Origin: Escherichia coli
Lineage (GTDB): Bacteria; Pseudomonadota; Gammaproteobacteria; Enterobacterales; Enterobacteriaceae
NCBI GenBank assembly: GCA_002099625.1
Contig: GCA_002099625.1_4857.1
Length of the DNA: 64,000 bases
Direction: 5' to 3' (one strand)
Shown here piece after piece: positions 39,065 to 47,801 of this stretch. The notes under the pieces are model-generated. The model ran no database searches and had not been told where the DNA came from. It worked only from the letters and a program-made list of their open reading frames with translations. The translations under genes and the position numbers were made by a program. Positions within the stretch are counted from its first letter, which is position 1, and the number at the start of each line of letters is the position of its first letter.

Positions 39065-39487
39065 TTAGCTATTCCTTTTCACCCAGGCTTGTACCGCTGA
39101 CTCGAAACCTTCGTGTTCGATACCGAGTCGTTTCATTGCCAACATAGTGTTGAGGCTATTCGTAATTTCTTCACGGTAGCGATGGTCGTCCATCTTACGC
39201 CAACACTTCTCCGGGTCAACACCTAGGCGTTGGAGTAGATACGCCTCACGCACCATACCAGGCCGCCAGAACTTAGGACGGGTAATCGCAATTTCAATCA
39301 TCGGCGTCATGTCCAATGTGTGCGCGAGAATACTAACCGGCGTTTCCCCAACTTTATCACGTAGCGCTAAACGTAACCACCACTGAACATTTGCTTTGGT
39401 TTCAGGTAACAGGTCGTAGAATAAGGCTGTTTCTTCTTCTGATAAATGATCGTATAGTGATTTTGTTTCGCGAATAGCGGTAACCAT
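39065..39487 (-). CDS. Hypothetical protein (140 aa)
   Basis: ORF in array. Confidence 0.5.
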   Translation of the reverse strand: MVTAIRETKSLYDHLSEEETALFYDLLPETKANVQWWLRLALRDKVGETPVSILAHTLDMTPMIEIAITRPKFWRPGMVREAYLLQRLGVDPEKCWRKMDDHRYREEITNSLNTMLAMKRLGIEHEGFESAVQAWVKRNS

Positions 39488-39498
39488 TTTAATGCTCC

Positions 39499-39762
39499 TT
39501 AGGGTAAAGTTGCCTCCCAGTCGTGGTGGTGAGGCTCAGGCAGCGTACCAAGCGCTGCTTTAATACACGTACTCAGCGGAGTATCATCGAACGCAACACG
39601 CCCGATAGTACCCACGTTGATGTGTTTAGGATTTACGGGTAAGAACTCCTTCACCCGCTCGTACTCAGCCCAACAGACATCGGTGTTTAAAGCTGAAAAC
39701 CCAGGACGGTGAAACATAAATAGCACTCCTCGCGTAAAAATACCCCACTCATAGTGAGGCAT
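39499..39762 (-). CDS. Hypothetical protein (87 aa)
   Basis: ORF in array. Confidence 0.4.
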   Translation of the reverse strand: MPHYEWGIFTRGVLFMFHRPGFSALNTDVCWAEYERVKEFLPVNPKHINVGTIGRVAFDDTPLSTCIKAALGTLPEPHHHDWEATLP

Positions 39763-39787
39763 AATCGTAAGGAGTGCTAAAACAGGA

Positions 39788-40303
39788 CTATGCTACCGCA
39801 GTCCTTAAAGGTTCATCTGCTTCCGCAGGAACCTGCTTCTTAAATTCAAGCCATTGTCCGTCTGTAGAGACGGTCTTGTCAAAACCGCGAGCGGTAAAGA
39901 ACGCAATACCAGCTTCCTGGCAAGCGTATATTCCCCCATGCGCACTGGTGAACTGTTCATTCACATCAAGCGCATCAAAAATCTGCGTCATCGTTTTACG
40001 ACGGCGTGCCATTTCAGACACGAACATCGTACGAATCTTCAGAACCCCAGCGATTACGCGATACAAACAGTAACCAACAGGGGTGCCCCCTTCCAGAGCA
40101 ACGCAAGCACGGTTCCCCGCCAACAGTTTCTCCAGAGTGAGGTTCGGAATCTCACCTTTTTCGATATGGAGTATGGTACGTTGGTGGTTCAGAAATTTAT
40201 AATGCAGCCCCAACAGCTGTTTATTTTGTGCTTCCGTTAAATCTGAAGATGAGGAAAGAATGACAATTTCGGCCATGAGCTGAATTCCTAAGTGAGCTTT
40301 CAC
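39788..40303 (-). CDS. Hypothetical protein, possible GNAT-like acetyltransferase fold
   Basis: Weak resemblance only (ALEGGTPVGYCLYRV ... GIAFFTARGF). Confidence 0.4.
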   Translation of the reverse strand: MKAHLGIQLMAEIVILSSSSDLTEAQNKQLLGLHYKFLNHQRTILHIEKGEIPNLTLEKLLAGNRACVALEGGTPVGYCLYRVIAGVLKIRTMFVSEMARRRKTMTQIFDALDVNEQFTSAHGGIYACQEAGIAFFTARGFDKTVSTDGQWLEFKKQVPAEADEPLRTAVA

Positions 40304-40422
40304 CTGCGATGAAAGCGAGTAACGAAGAATTGCGTTTGTGTTTTCTTAAGTTTACCGGTAAAGCTTAGCGGTGTATACCGCTGCAGGTAAAGACCAGTTC
40401 TCTATCGGAACCGTGTCTTTAA

Positions 40423-40701
40423 TCAGCAACGTCGTTGAAAACGTCGCGATGCTGAGGTAACCTTCCGTCGCCACATTCGCTCATGGCGCTTCTGATTACC
40501 ACGCCAGTCTTCCCCGACTGTGCGTGAAACTGCAAAATCGTCCGGCCCGCAGACTTCCGCGATGTCTGCTAGAAGGTTCTTTGAAGACCCTATAGCCATC
40601 CCCACGCTCGAAAGAACGATACGCCGGGTTGGCTCGGCCGCCCCTGAACCCACGACCACGGGATCAGAGACTGTTTCACTGTCACATGATACTTCTCCCA
40701 C
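40423..40701 (-). CDS. Hypothetical protein (92 aa)
   Basis: ORF with GTG start and GGAGGG RBS, downstream of the micro-gene string. Confidence 0.35.
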   Translation of the reverse strand: MGEVSCDSETVSDPVVVGSGAAEPTRRIVLSSVGMAIGSSKNLLADIAEVCGPDDFAVSRTVGEDWRGNQKRHERMWRRKVTSASRRFQRRC

Positions 40702-40719
40702 TTCGTAATTACCCTCCTG

Positions 40720-40827
40720 TTAAAACCAACCTTGCGTCAATGCAAGGATTGCGCCTAGGGCGTATGCGCCTGCTCCTAGTACCAGGCTACAGATGATACA
40801 CCCAACCCACTTCACTAAAATAACCAT
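40720..40827 (-). CDS. Micro-protein P5 (35 aa), single TM helix
   Basis: MVILVKWVGCIICSLVLGAGAYALGAILALTQGWF; its ATG overlaps the 3-prime end of P4. Confidence 0.4.
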   Translation of the reverse strand: MVILVKWVGCIICSLVLGAGAYALGAILALTQGWF

Positions 40828-40946
40828 GATGCCAGAAATGCTCCGATTGCACAGATGATAATCGTAATGCCAAGGTCTGTCCAGGTGGTACCATCATACG
40901 CACCTGTTGCAATCATGGCTGCGTTGACACTATTCACGACTGTCAT
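40815..40946 (-). CDS. Micro-protein P4 (43 aa), single TM helix
   Basis: MTVVNSVNAAMIATGAYDGTTWTDLGITIIICAIGAFLASWLF; its start overlaps the P3 stop region. Confidence 0.4.
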   Translation of the reverse strand: MTVVNSVNAAMIATGAYDGTTWTDLGITIIICAIGAFLASWLF

Positions 40947-41133
40947 AAGCCGGGTCCCTTAAACGCGGGGGCTTGCTCCACAGATTACCGAAGTAAACCC
41001 CTTCTAAGAACACCAAAACAACTAAGCCCCAGAAGGCAGGCGTGGCACGAGACAAGAAAATGCCCATCAGCACTACAGTGTGCATTACCACAACTGCCCA
41101 AAACTTTAAACGACCCGGTTTACGTGTTGCCAT
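40930..41133 (-). CDS. Small membrane protein P3 (about 67 aa), two hydrophobic segments
   Basis: MATRKPGRLKFWAVVVMHTVVLMGIFL...GLVVLVFLEGVYFG; start re-picked at the first ATG, overlapping the P2 3-prime end. Confidence 0.4.
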   Translation of the reverse strand: MATRKPGRLKFWAVVVMHTVVLMGIFLSRATPAFWGLVVLVFLEGVYFGNLWSKPPRLRDPAYDSRE

Positions 41134-41224
41134 GGAATGCCCATCCTTTCGTGCGGATAATCCAACCCCAGGCACCACGAATCAACCACAGTGCGATACC
41201 GGTTAGTACGATACCTTCAATCAT
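41120..41224 (-). CDS. Micro-protein P2 (34 aa), single TM helix
   Basis: MIEGIVLTGIALWLIRGAWGWIIRTKGWAFHGNT; its ATG overlaps the P1 stop as ATGA. Confidence 0.4.
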   Translation of the reverse strand: MIEGIVLTGIALWLIRGAWGWIIRTKGWAFHGNT

Positions 41225-41412
41225 GTCCGTTCCCCTATATCTCGCCACTCACAACGCGTGTCAAAAAGACGTTCTTTAAGAGCAGAGGCTAAATACACAA
41301 CCGCAGCGATAACCACCACGGTTGCACAAAAGGAGAGGTACAGCACCATCACAACAAACTGAAGGAACTGAAAACCCCACCAAGCCCATAAGCGCCAACC
41401 TTTATGATGCAT
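41221..41412 (-). CDS. Small membrane protein P1 (63 aa)
   Basis: Hydrophobic core FVVMVLYLSFCATVVVIAAVVYLASAL; start overlaps the stop region of the SbcC-like gene. Confidence 0.45.
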   Translation of the reverse strand: MHHKGWRLWAWWGFQFLQFVVMVLYLSFCATVVVIAAVVYLASALKERLFDTRCEWRDIGERT

Positions 41413-43912
41413 ATTTGATTATTACCCCTTCGTTATACACCGGTGGAAGCGTCACACCTTCTGGTTCTACGACACAGTAGGTGGCTTCGTTAAGTTTAGA
41501 ATGAACTTCCGCTTCATGCGAAACGACCAGCAATTGAGAAAACTCTCCCGACAACGCCAACGATTTAATGAAGTTAACTAATCGGTTTTTGTGTTCTTCA
41601 TCCATGCCTTCAGATGGTTCATCCAATAACAAAGGATAGTTTTGTAAACCAAGTGCTTTATACGCCGTTAAACGAAACATCATGTTGAAAATAATGCGCT
41701 GTGCTTTTGAACCTTTCTTCACATCCGGCACCAGTTCTTCATGGTCTTTTAATCGCACTGGGAATGTATAATCCAAATCCCCGTCGGTTAAATCGCATGG
41801 AATAACCTGCATCGGATATGCCCACACCATCTCAATATACCGATTCATTAAATCCATGATGCGTGTAATCGCAGAATAGAAGTAACGTCTCAGTAAACCT
41901 TTTTCAGGAGAGACCGCGTTAATAATCAATCTGGCGTGGTGATGCTCTTTAAGCAATTCAGCTTGCTCTTTCTCCAGTTCCGCTAAGCGGGCAATAGCGC
42001 CTTCCATTTGTCGAAAACGTTCGCGCGCCGAGGTGTATGCATCTAACTTCGCTTCACGCCGGTTTAATAACTCGCGGACCACGACATTATTAACGGAAAT
42101 GTTCATTTCCGATATTAGATGCTCGTAACCTTTTTGGAAGCGTTCAATTGCATCCTTGGTTTGTTGCAACTGAGCAGTCTCACGTTCCAACTCACTGGCT
42201 TGTTTACGGTATTCTATTAACCGCCGATTAGCCCCATCCAGCTGTGACCGTACGTGTTCGATTTTCTGACTTAATGCGCCGTCGACGTTACCGACCGCAG
42301 CAACCGCTTCCTGCCACTCTCTTTCTGCTGTTGCAAGTTTTGCCGACTGACGTAGGTACATCATAGCCGATTCCATTTCTTCGGTAAAGGCACGTGCAAT
42401 AGCACCATAACGATCACGTGACGTAGTGAAGATATCCAACTCTTGCAGTTTGCGGAAGAACAAACCCACAACAGGATGATTGGAGTAAGACATGACGATT
42501 TCTCGAATCGTTCGTAAACTGCGAACGTCTTCTTCAATCTCTTTGCGGTCACGCAGAAGACTTTCCATTCCGACTTTCAGCTGTTTCTTCCAACCCTCGT
42601 TATCGTTGATCGCATTCTCAATTTCAGGTAGCGACTTGCGAATACCTGGACGGAATCGGTGGTTACATTGGGGGCAATCGACTTCTGCGGTTTCTAAGAA
42701 GTGCTGACGGTCGTGGTACAAACCGTGTAACACATTCTCGCAGCGCTGCAGTTTTTCAGATAGGTCTGCGGAGGTTAAATCCATACCCTGTAAACGTTTC
42801 TCTAACGCGCCCAGACGCTCTGTTGTCTTTAATTGGTCCAGATGCATAGACAACGGCAAGTTCCAGTTACAGGCGTCGTTTAGTGTGCTCTGAATGCTAT
42901 CCACGTCGATGCGGGTACCTTCAAACAGTTCAGGGAACAACCAATTTTGCTGGAATGTCGAAAGTTCCTGTTTTAAGCTGTCGATGGTTTGCTTTAGGCC
43001 GGCGTGATTACGCATCAGGTACGATTGTCGCGATTCCTCGTCCAGTAGCTGGGACAACTCTTTGTTGTACATACTGCATTCGGTCTCGGCTGAAGCTGCT
43101 TGTTCGCGCCATGCCACTACACGACTTTGAAACTCGTTAATCAGCTCGTCGGAAGGCAGTACACCGTACCGTTCCATGATAAGCTTTACAGCTGGCTGTA
43201 ATGACACAATACGTTTTCGGATACTATCAACCGAAACGGCGTTGTCTAGGCCAGGTCTCGCTTCAATTGTGCGGTTTAATTCCTGAAGCTCAGCATCGAG
43301 TTCTTTCAAACGAACTTCTAAACGTGCACGATCTTCTTCATCATCAACGACGCGCATTTTTGCTTCGCCGATTTTTCGTCCGGTGTGTTCGATGGCCCCG
43401 CTTAAACTGGAAGCGAGTTTACGCAAACGTCGATAGCAGCCAACGACATACGTTAAATCCGATTCTGACATTAACGTAAACCATTTGCGACGAACTTCGG
43501 TAGTGGCGTCAGTTAATAAGGTCTCGCCATTAATTAACTCTTTGATTTCTTTGGTGATTCCGGTTAACTGTTCCACCATGGAGTTGTAAACTTTGGCGTT
43601 TACCGAGTCCACAATAGGGACGCCTTTGGTGATATTGAAAATACTACAAGACAAAGAAGACCCACGTCGCAGGACTTCAAACTTAAGACGGTCGTCCCCG
43701 ACTAACGCGTAGTTAGTGTAAGAACCACCTTCACGGAATTCAGATTTTGCTGGAGCTAAGGGGAGAAAAACAGACAGGAGGCTTGTTTTACCGCAACCAT
43801 TGCCACCGAGGATGATGGTAACGGTTGACTTAAGGGTGAAATCAAACGTTTCGATTTCGTGTAACCCCATACCGGTAAATCCTTTCAAAATGATACGTTC
43901 GACCTTGAGCAT
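41402..43912 (-). CDS. SbcC/Rad50-like SMC-family ATPase (836 aa)
   Basis: N-terminal Walker A GGNGCGKTS, long predicted coiled coils, central CPQC zinc-hook-like motif, C-terminal Walker B / D-loop LLLDEPSEGMDEE and H-loop VVSHEAE. Confidence 0.8.
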   Translation of the reverse strand: MLKVERIILKGFTGMGLHEIETFDFTLKSTVTIILGGNGCGKTSLLSVFLPLAPAKSEFREGGSYTNYALVGDDRLKFEVLRRGSSLSCSIFNITKGVPIVDSVNAKVYNSMVEQLTGITKEIKELINGETLLTDATTEVRRKWFTLMSESDLTYVVGCYRRLRKLASSLSGAIEHTGRKIGEAKMRVVDDEEDRARLEVRLKELDAELQELNRTIEARPGLDNAVSVDSIRKRIVSLQPAVKLIMERYGVLPSDELINEFQSRVVAWREQAASAETECSMYNKELSQLLDEESRQSYLMRNHAGLKQTIDSLKQELSTFQQNWLFPELFEGTRIDVDSIQSTLNDACNWNLPLSMHLDQLKTTERLGALEKRLQGMDLTSADLSEKLQRCENVLHGLYHDRQHFLETAEVDCPQCNHRFRPGIRKSLPEIENAINDNEGWKKQLKVGMESLLRDRKEIEEDVRSLRTIREIVMSYSNHPVVGLFFRKLQELDIFTTSRDRYGAIARAFTEEMESAMMYLRQSAKLATAEREWQEAVAAVGNVDGALSQKIEHVRSQLDGANRRLIEYRKQASELERETAQLQQTKDAIERFQKGYEHLISEMNISVNNVVVRELLNRREAKLDAYTSARERFRQMEGAIARLAELEKEQAELLKEHHHARLIINAVSPEKGLLRRYFYSAITRIMDLMNRYIEMVWAYPMQVIPCDLTDGDLDYTFPVRLKDHEELVPDVKKGSKAQRIIFNMMFRLTAYKALGLQNYPLLLDEPSEGMDEEHKNRLVNFIKSLALSGEFSQLLVVSHEAEVHSKLNEATYCVVEPEGVTLPPVYNEGVIIKYAS

Positions 43913-43963
43913 GTTTGCCTTCTAATGAGAAAGTATTAGTCGTTCATATCCAAAAGGCCATGC

Positions 43964-43997
43964 GTAAAAAAGAAGAAATGGAACCCCGAAGGGTTCC
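43964..43997 (-). terminator. Intrinsic terminator (minus strand)
   Basis: Stem GGAACCC / GGGTTCC with CGAA loop; T-run on the minus strand. Confidence 0.5.
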
Positions 43998-44008
43998 AGA
44001 GAGGAGAG

Positions 44009-44635
44009 TTACTGCGGAATAAACTTACGGTGTCCGAGCGATTCCCAAAAACTGTCGGTGCGCTCTTTGGTTAATTCATACCACGCACGCCCGGCATCAG
44101 AATCGACAACCTTTAACGTTTCAGTAAGCAGGAATTTGAACAGTTCAGCGCTACGACCAGGTGCTACACCGTCGAGATATATCGGAATTAAATAACCGGT
44201 TTTGATTTCTTCGTACGGTTGCGATTGGTGCTGACCAACAACCCAGGCATCAGCAGCGCTACCGACCAAAGTGGTGTTTACAGTTAACTCATCAGAAATC
44301 CAGTTAACTGTATCAGCCATTATTGAATCGCCATTGACGTAGAAGAAAACTAAACGTTTAGGTTGTTCCACCGAACCAGCCAAATCTAATGCAGTAGTTC
44401 CGGTGAAGATCGTATTATTGGGATTACGTTCTGCAATAGGTAGAGCAAACCATGCTTCGAGCTGTTCCCAGCTACGTGGTAATGCTTCTTTAAACCACTT
44501 TACTAGCCGCGGGTATTCCAGAAACCCTTCGACTTCTTCTTCCATCAGATTGATACGCAGTTTGGTATCCTGACGATTCGCTTTCTGACACGTCACCATG
44601 TCGTCAATGAAACGAATCAGGGTAATCTCGTTCAT
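44009..44635 (-). CDS. Hypothetical protein (208 aa)
   Basis: ORF between two hairpin terminators; no phosphoesterase motifs. Confidence 0.5.
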   Translation of the reverse strand: MNEITLIRFIDDMVTCQKANRQDTKLRINLMEEEVEGFLEYPRLVKWFKEALPRSWEQLEAWFALPIAERNPNNTIFTGTTALDLAGSVEQPKRLVFFYVNGDSIMADTVNWISDELTVNTTLVGSAADAWVVGQHQSQPYEEIKTGYLIPIYLDGVAPGRSAELFKFLLTETLKVVDSDAGRAWYELTKERTDSFWESLGHRKFIPQ

Positions 44636-44650
44636 GTTTAATCCTTCTTC

Positions 44651-44681
44651 AACAAAAAAAGAAGGTAGCCTACGGGCTACC
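44651..44681 (-). terminator. Intrinsic terminator (minus strand)
   Basis: Stem GGTAGCC / GGCTACC with TACG loop; 7-T run on the minus strand. Confidence 0.5.
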
Positions 44682-44689
44682 TCTCGTAT

Positions 44690-45190
44690 TTACAGCCCCA
44701 TATGCATAAGGGAAATGATTGGGACCTTACGGCCACGAATCATTGCATACGGTTCGTACATTTGTGCGTTAGTTTCGAATAACTCACAGGCCGGAATGCG
44801 GTCACCGGTAGAGAGTTGTAAGACTTCAATTTGGTCGCCCCAGAAGTTATTCACTAATACATGGTCGACCGTGTTGTCTTCACGACCTTCTGGGGTGTTG
44901 CAATAAGTGGCTGCAGCGTACCAGCCCTTACGGTATGCTTCATAACCCGCATGAAGCATCCGGTAGTACGGGCGAAGTTGTGGGGCATTCAGAGTAGCAT
45001 CTAGCCACTCGCTGTGAATGGTGTTAATTAATACGGTTGCTTCTGCTGGCCAGTCGGTGCGGTTTAGGGTTAACTCGCCTAACAGCTTTAATTTCCAGCC
45101 AGTGGAAAGAATAGCACGGGTACGTTCGGGATTGACGTTCATCTGAGTAAAGAAAGAAGAACGGGTATCGTCGAGAATGTTCATGTTCAT
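44690..45190 (-). CDS. Hypothetical protein (about 166 aa)
   Basis: Start re-picked at ATG 45190 (MNMNILDD) with AAGGA RBS; AATCGACTATT motif 21-30 nt upstream. Confidence 0.5.
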   Translation of the reverse strand: MNMNILDDTRSSFFTQMNVNPERTRAILSTGWKLKLLGELTLNRTDWPAEATVLINTIHSEWLDATLNAPQLRPYYRMLHAGYEAYRKGWYAAATYCNTPEGREDNTVDHVLVNNFWGDQIEVLQLSTGDRIPACELFETNAQMYEPYAMIRGRKVPIISLMHMGL

Positions 45191-45210
45191 TTGCTTAATC
45201 CTTACGAGTA

Positions 45211-45220
45211 ATAGTCGATT
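45211..45220 (-). promoter_or_regulatory. Promoter-like motif AATCGACTAT (minus-strand sense)
   Basis: Between a terminator and the RBS of gene 44690..45190; 21-30 nt upstream of its ATG. Confidence 0.4.
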
Positions 45221-45290
45221 AAAAAGGACCCTGCGGCTAAGTGTTGGGGATATCACCGCAGGGCCAAAGTGAGATGGGTCGTCATCTCAC
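45221..45290 (-). terminator. Tandem hairpins with T-run (minus strand)
   Basis: CCCTGCGG / CCGCAGGG (45229..45263) and GTGAGATG / CATCTCAC (45269..45290); T-run after the first hairpin on the minus strand. Confidence 0.45.
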
Positions 45291-45319
45291 GTTATAACAT
45301 CAGTCTGAAAACTTTTCGG

Positions 45320-45703
45320 TTACTGGTCGAGCGCTACTGAACCACGCACCACCCCTTGCTGTTCAATAACCAGGAGGCGTTGTTTGGTTTTCGTATTGTA
45401 AGCGAGCGACGCGCGAAGCGTCGGGTCGCACGTTATTGTCTCTACTGGCACAATCTCTTGTGCCTTTGAGTTCAACAGAAAGTAGTAACCTGCCGGACAA
45501 GTTTCCTCGCCCTTTGCGTGGACTAGGATGTACTCGTCGTGCCGGCTGACTTCTTCACATCTACCATCGTCACCAGTACAGACTTCGAACGAAGGCGGAT
45601 TGTACTGATACGGTGTGCCTGGTAGTAAATCTTCTACGCTGGTTGTAGCTGAAGCAGAAGCGGTAAAGAACACCGCCACGATAATACCCATAAATCCACG
45701 CAT
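45320..45703 (-). CDS. Secreted Cys-containing small protein (127 aa)
   Basis: N-terminal signal peptide MRGFMGIIVAVFFTASASA; several Cys residues. Confidence 0.5.
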   Translation of the reverse strand: MRGFMGIIVAVFFTASASATTSVEDLLPGTPYQYNPPSFEVCTGDDGRCEEVSRHDEYILVHAKGEETCPAGYYFLLNSKAQEIVPVETITCDPTLRASLAYNTKTKQRLLVIEQQGVVRGSVALDQ

Positions 45704-45716
45704 GTTGTTTCCTTAC

Positions 45717-46127
45717 TTAAAAGTCGAGTTTATTGATACCTACGTTTTTCTTAATCGTAGGGTCGTACATGATAACCGTCAGGGCATTATCACCTGGGTC
45801 GCGAGTAAACTCAGCAACGGCTTCACCACTGCAGGCTTGGTTATCATTGTAGTTCATGGATTCGGCTTGCCCGGTTGCCATGTTAATAACCCCGTATTCA
45901 GGGTCGCCACATGCGACACCGCCCATCGTTTTCACTAACAGGTAACGGTTGTTATCGGACATCGCAACGATCTGGCAGCTACCGCCTTGTACGTCAGAGT
46001 TCTGGCACCAGAACGGCCCGCCGTATTCGTGATCGTTAACAACTTTTGGTAACTCGATACTTCCAGCGCGAGCGAAGAAACTAATGGCCAGAGTAGCAAG
46101 TAAAACTGGTAATAAAAAATGTTTCAT
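45717..46127 (-). CDS. Secreted Cys-containing small protein (136 aa), paralog of 46150..46641
   Basis: Signal peptide MKHFLLPVLLATLAISFFARA; shares PFWC...C...V...CG with the next gene. Confidence 0.55.
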   Translation of the reverse strand: MKHFLLPVLLATLAISFFARAGSIELPKVVNDHEYGGPFWCQNSDVQGGSCQIVAMSDNNRYLLVKTMGGVACGDPEYGVINMATGQAESMNYNDNQACSGEAVAEFTRDPGDNALTVIMYDPTIKKNVGINKLDF

Positions 46128-46149
46128 AATAGCACCTCAATTTTTTGAG

Positions 46150-46641
46150 TTATTCTGAATAGTCGATTGTTTTGATGGTTTCCATACCGTAGTACATAGC
46201 GATGGAGGCCAGAGTTTTGGTATCCGGTCGCTGTACAAAACCGGCCCTGAAATCTTTGCTGCAAATTTTCTCCACTGATAGTTCATCACGATTAGGGATA
46301 AGCCATAACGCGTCACCATTGTGACGGTCGACTGCACCCCACCAACCACCTGGGCAATCTTTATCGCCAGGACGGTGTACGATAGCGACACGACCGTTGA
46401 AGGATATGTCAACTACACGACACTGTTTCTTAAGCAGCTTACGCGCATTGCACCAGAACGGCTTATCATTAAGATTGATGGTGCGGGTATATGCTGGAAT
46501 GCTGCCGTTAATACTGCCCTGGAACCCGCTGAATTCGTCAGCGTGTGCCTTAGAAATCCGTAGCCCAACAACAACTGCCATCAACAGCACAGTAAAAAGC
46601 ACCACTTTGGCCAAGTGGCGATTAACGTTATTGCATTTCAT
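46150..46641 (-). CDS. Secreted Cys-containing small protein (about 163 aa)
   Basis: Start re-picked at MKCNN; signal/anchor segment VVLFTVLLMAVVVGL; PFWCNA...C...CPGGWWG. Confidence 0.5.
   Translation of the reverse strand: MKCNNVNRHLAKVVLFTVLLMAVVVGLRISKAHADEFSGFQGSINGSIPAYTRTINLNDKPFWCNARKLLKKQCRVVDISFNGRVAIVHRPGDKDCPGGWWGAVDRHNGDALWLIPNRDELSVEKICSKDFRAGFVQRPDTKTLASIAMYYGMETIKTIDYSE
46159..46168 (-). promoter_or_regulatory. Promoter-like motif AATCGACTAT (minus-strand sense)
   Basis: 32-41 nt upstream of the ATG of secreted-protein gene 45717..46127. Confidence 0.4.
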
Positions 46642-47029
46642 TTTTAATATCTCCACGATTAAGGGTGATGCGACCGACGAGCACATCGTTGTGATAAAAG
46701 CTCACAGCAACCATATTCGGTAATTCCAGTGGTGACACACTGACCGAGGTGACTTTTGGTTGATTGCACGATATGTCAATCAACCGCTGATACATTTTCA
46801 ATTTCTTATCAGCGATAACCAGCCCTGTGCAGTTCTTACCGTCCGTCAGTCTGTAGATTTGTAACTGTTCGACCTCACGCATCAGTTCTGGTTTTTCATT
46901 CGGCGCAATGCCATAATCCGAATCAGCTGATGTGTATTCAGTCACGTCTGGCTTATCGAAAGCATAAGTTGCTGCAATACCACATGCGGCCAGAACTACT
47001 ACTGCTTGTAAGAACTTCTTGATAGTCAT
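46628..47029 (-). CDS. Secreted small protein (133 aa)
   Basis: Signal peptide MTIKKFLQAVVVLAACGIAATYA; AATCGACTATA motif 11-20 nt upstream of the ATG. Confidence 0.5.
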   Translation of the reverse strand: MTIKKFLQAVVVLAACGIAATYAFDKPDVTEYTSADSDYGIAPNEKPELMREVEQLQIYRLTDGKNCTGLVIADKKLKMYQRLIDISCNQPKVTSVSVSPLELPNMVAVSFYHNDVLVGRITLNRGDIKNEMQ

Positions 47030-47039
47030 GTTTTACTCT

Positions 47040-47049
47040 ATAGTCGATT
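47040..47049 (-). promoter_or_regulatory. Promoter-like motif AATCGACTAT (minus-strand sense)
   Basis: Between terminator 47054..47083 and the ATG of secreted-protein gene 46628..47029. Confidence 0.4.
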
Positions 47050-47053
47050 GGTT

Positions 47054-47083
47054 TAAAAAAGAATAGGCTACCCGAGGGTAGCC
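47054..47083 (-). terminator. Intrinsic terminator (minus strand)
   Basis: Stem GGCTACCC / GGTAGCC with GAG loop; TATTCTTTTTT on the minus strand. Confidence 0.55.
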
Positions 47084-47112
47084 AGTTGAGTTAATCTCTT
47101 AACTCTCACCTA

Positions 47113-47132
47113 GGTAATATATATCTGAGATA
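47113..47132. promoter_or_regulatory. Degenerate variant GGTAATATATATCTGAGATA (possible site 4)
   Basis: Shares TAATAT..ATCTGAGAT with site 1; sits between the stop of 47135..47731 and its terminator. Confidence 0.2.
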
Positions 47133-47134
47133 TT

Positions 47135-47731
47135 TTACAATGTGAAGGTTGTGTTAAGAATACGAAAACCCAATGCTCGCTTAGCGATTTGCATATTTGC
47201 AGGCGTGAAGTCCACCAGTTTGATTTGAACGATCGATAAATCGTAAAGCTTGTGAAGCACTTCGATTTTGTGTCGCCAATCTGTTTTTTGGTGCAGCTCT
47301 ATCGTCGTCGGTAACTCACCCAGTCTCGGCAACTGCGCCCCAAGTAAACGATGATGGACTTTACCGTTTATAGTTGGGGTGCCTTCCGTGACCATCAGTC
47401 GCGCATCGATGTAGTTATTTCGCTTAGCGTACTCCATAAAAGTTTTGACATTTATCTTTTCCTCGTATAGAATGCTGCGAAAGTATTCGTAAATGATGTG
47501 TCCTGCCTCCCTACCGCTTTCCGAGTCTGGAATAACCTTATCGATGAAAATCGCAGAGACCACTTCGCTCCCACGCGAATGCATTGTAATGACCCTATCC
47601 CCGTGCTCTGCGGCAGTTAATAATCCACTCACATCAAGCCCCACCGGAAACAAGCCACGACTACGCATTACGTGCAGGTCTTCTAACTTGTTCTCTTGCA
47701 GTCGTAAAATACGTTCTGTCATATACCACAC
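47135..47731 (-). CDS. Hypothetical protein (198 aa)
   Basis: ORF between two hairpin terminators. Confidence 0.5.
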   Translation of the reverse strand: MWYMTERILRLQENKLEDLHVMRSRGLFPVGLDVSGLLTAAEHGDRVITMHSRGSEVVSAIFIDKVIPDSESGREAGHIIYEYFRSILYEEKINVKTFMEYAKRNNYIDARLMVTEGTPTINGKVHHRLLGAQLPRLGELPTTIELHQKTDWRHKIEVLHKLYDLSIVQIKLVDFTPANMQIAKRALGFRILNTTFTL

Positions 47732-47754
47732 CTCAAATTAATTTGAGTTAAGTG

Positions 47755-47796
47755 TAAAAAATAAGAGGACTCCAGTAACCGCGAGGGTTACTGGAG
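47755..47796 (-). terminator. Intrinsic terminator (minus strand)
   Basis: Stem CTCCAGTAACC / GGGTTACTGGAG with GCGA loop; T-run on the minus strand. Confidence 0.55.
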
Positions 47797-47801
47797 ATAA
47801 A

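Noticed and set aside
46137-46412. ORF 46137..46412 (91 aa) overlapping the secreted-protein gene 46150..46641 in another frame
   Set aside because: Completely overlapped by a gene with signal peptide and paralog support; no independent start context.
47030-47060. Resemblance of AATCGACTATAG to the T7 promoter core (TAATACGACTCACTATAG)
   Set aside because: The CTCA segment is missing and no single-subunit RNAP is evident; treated as a phage-specific motif instead.
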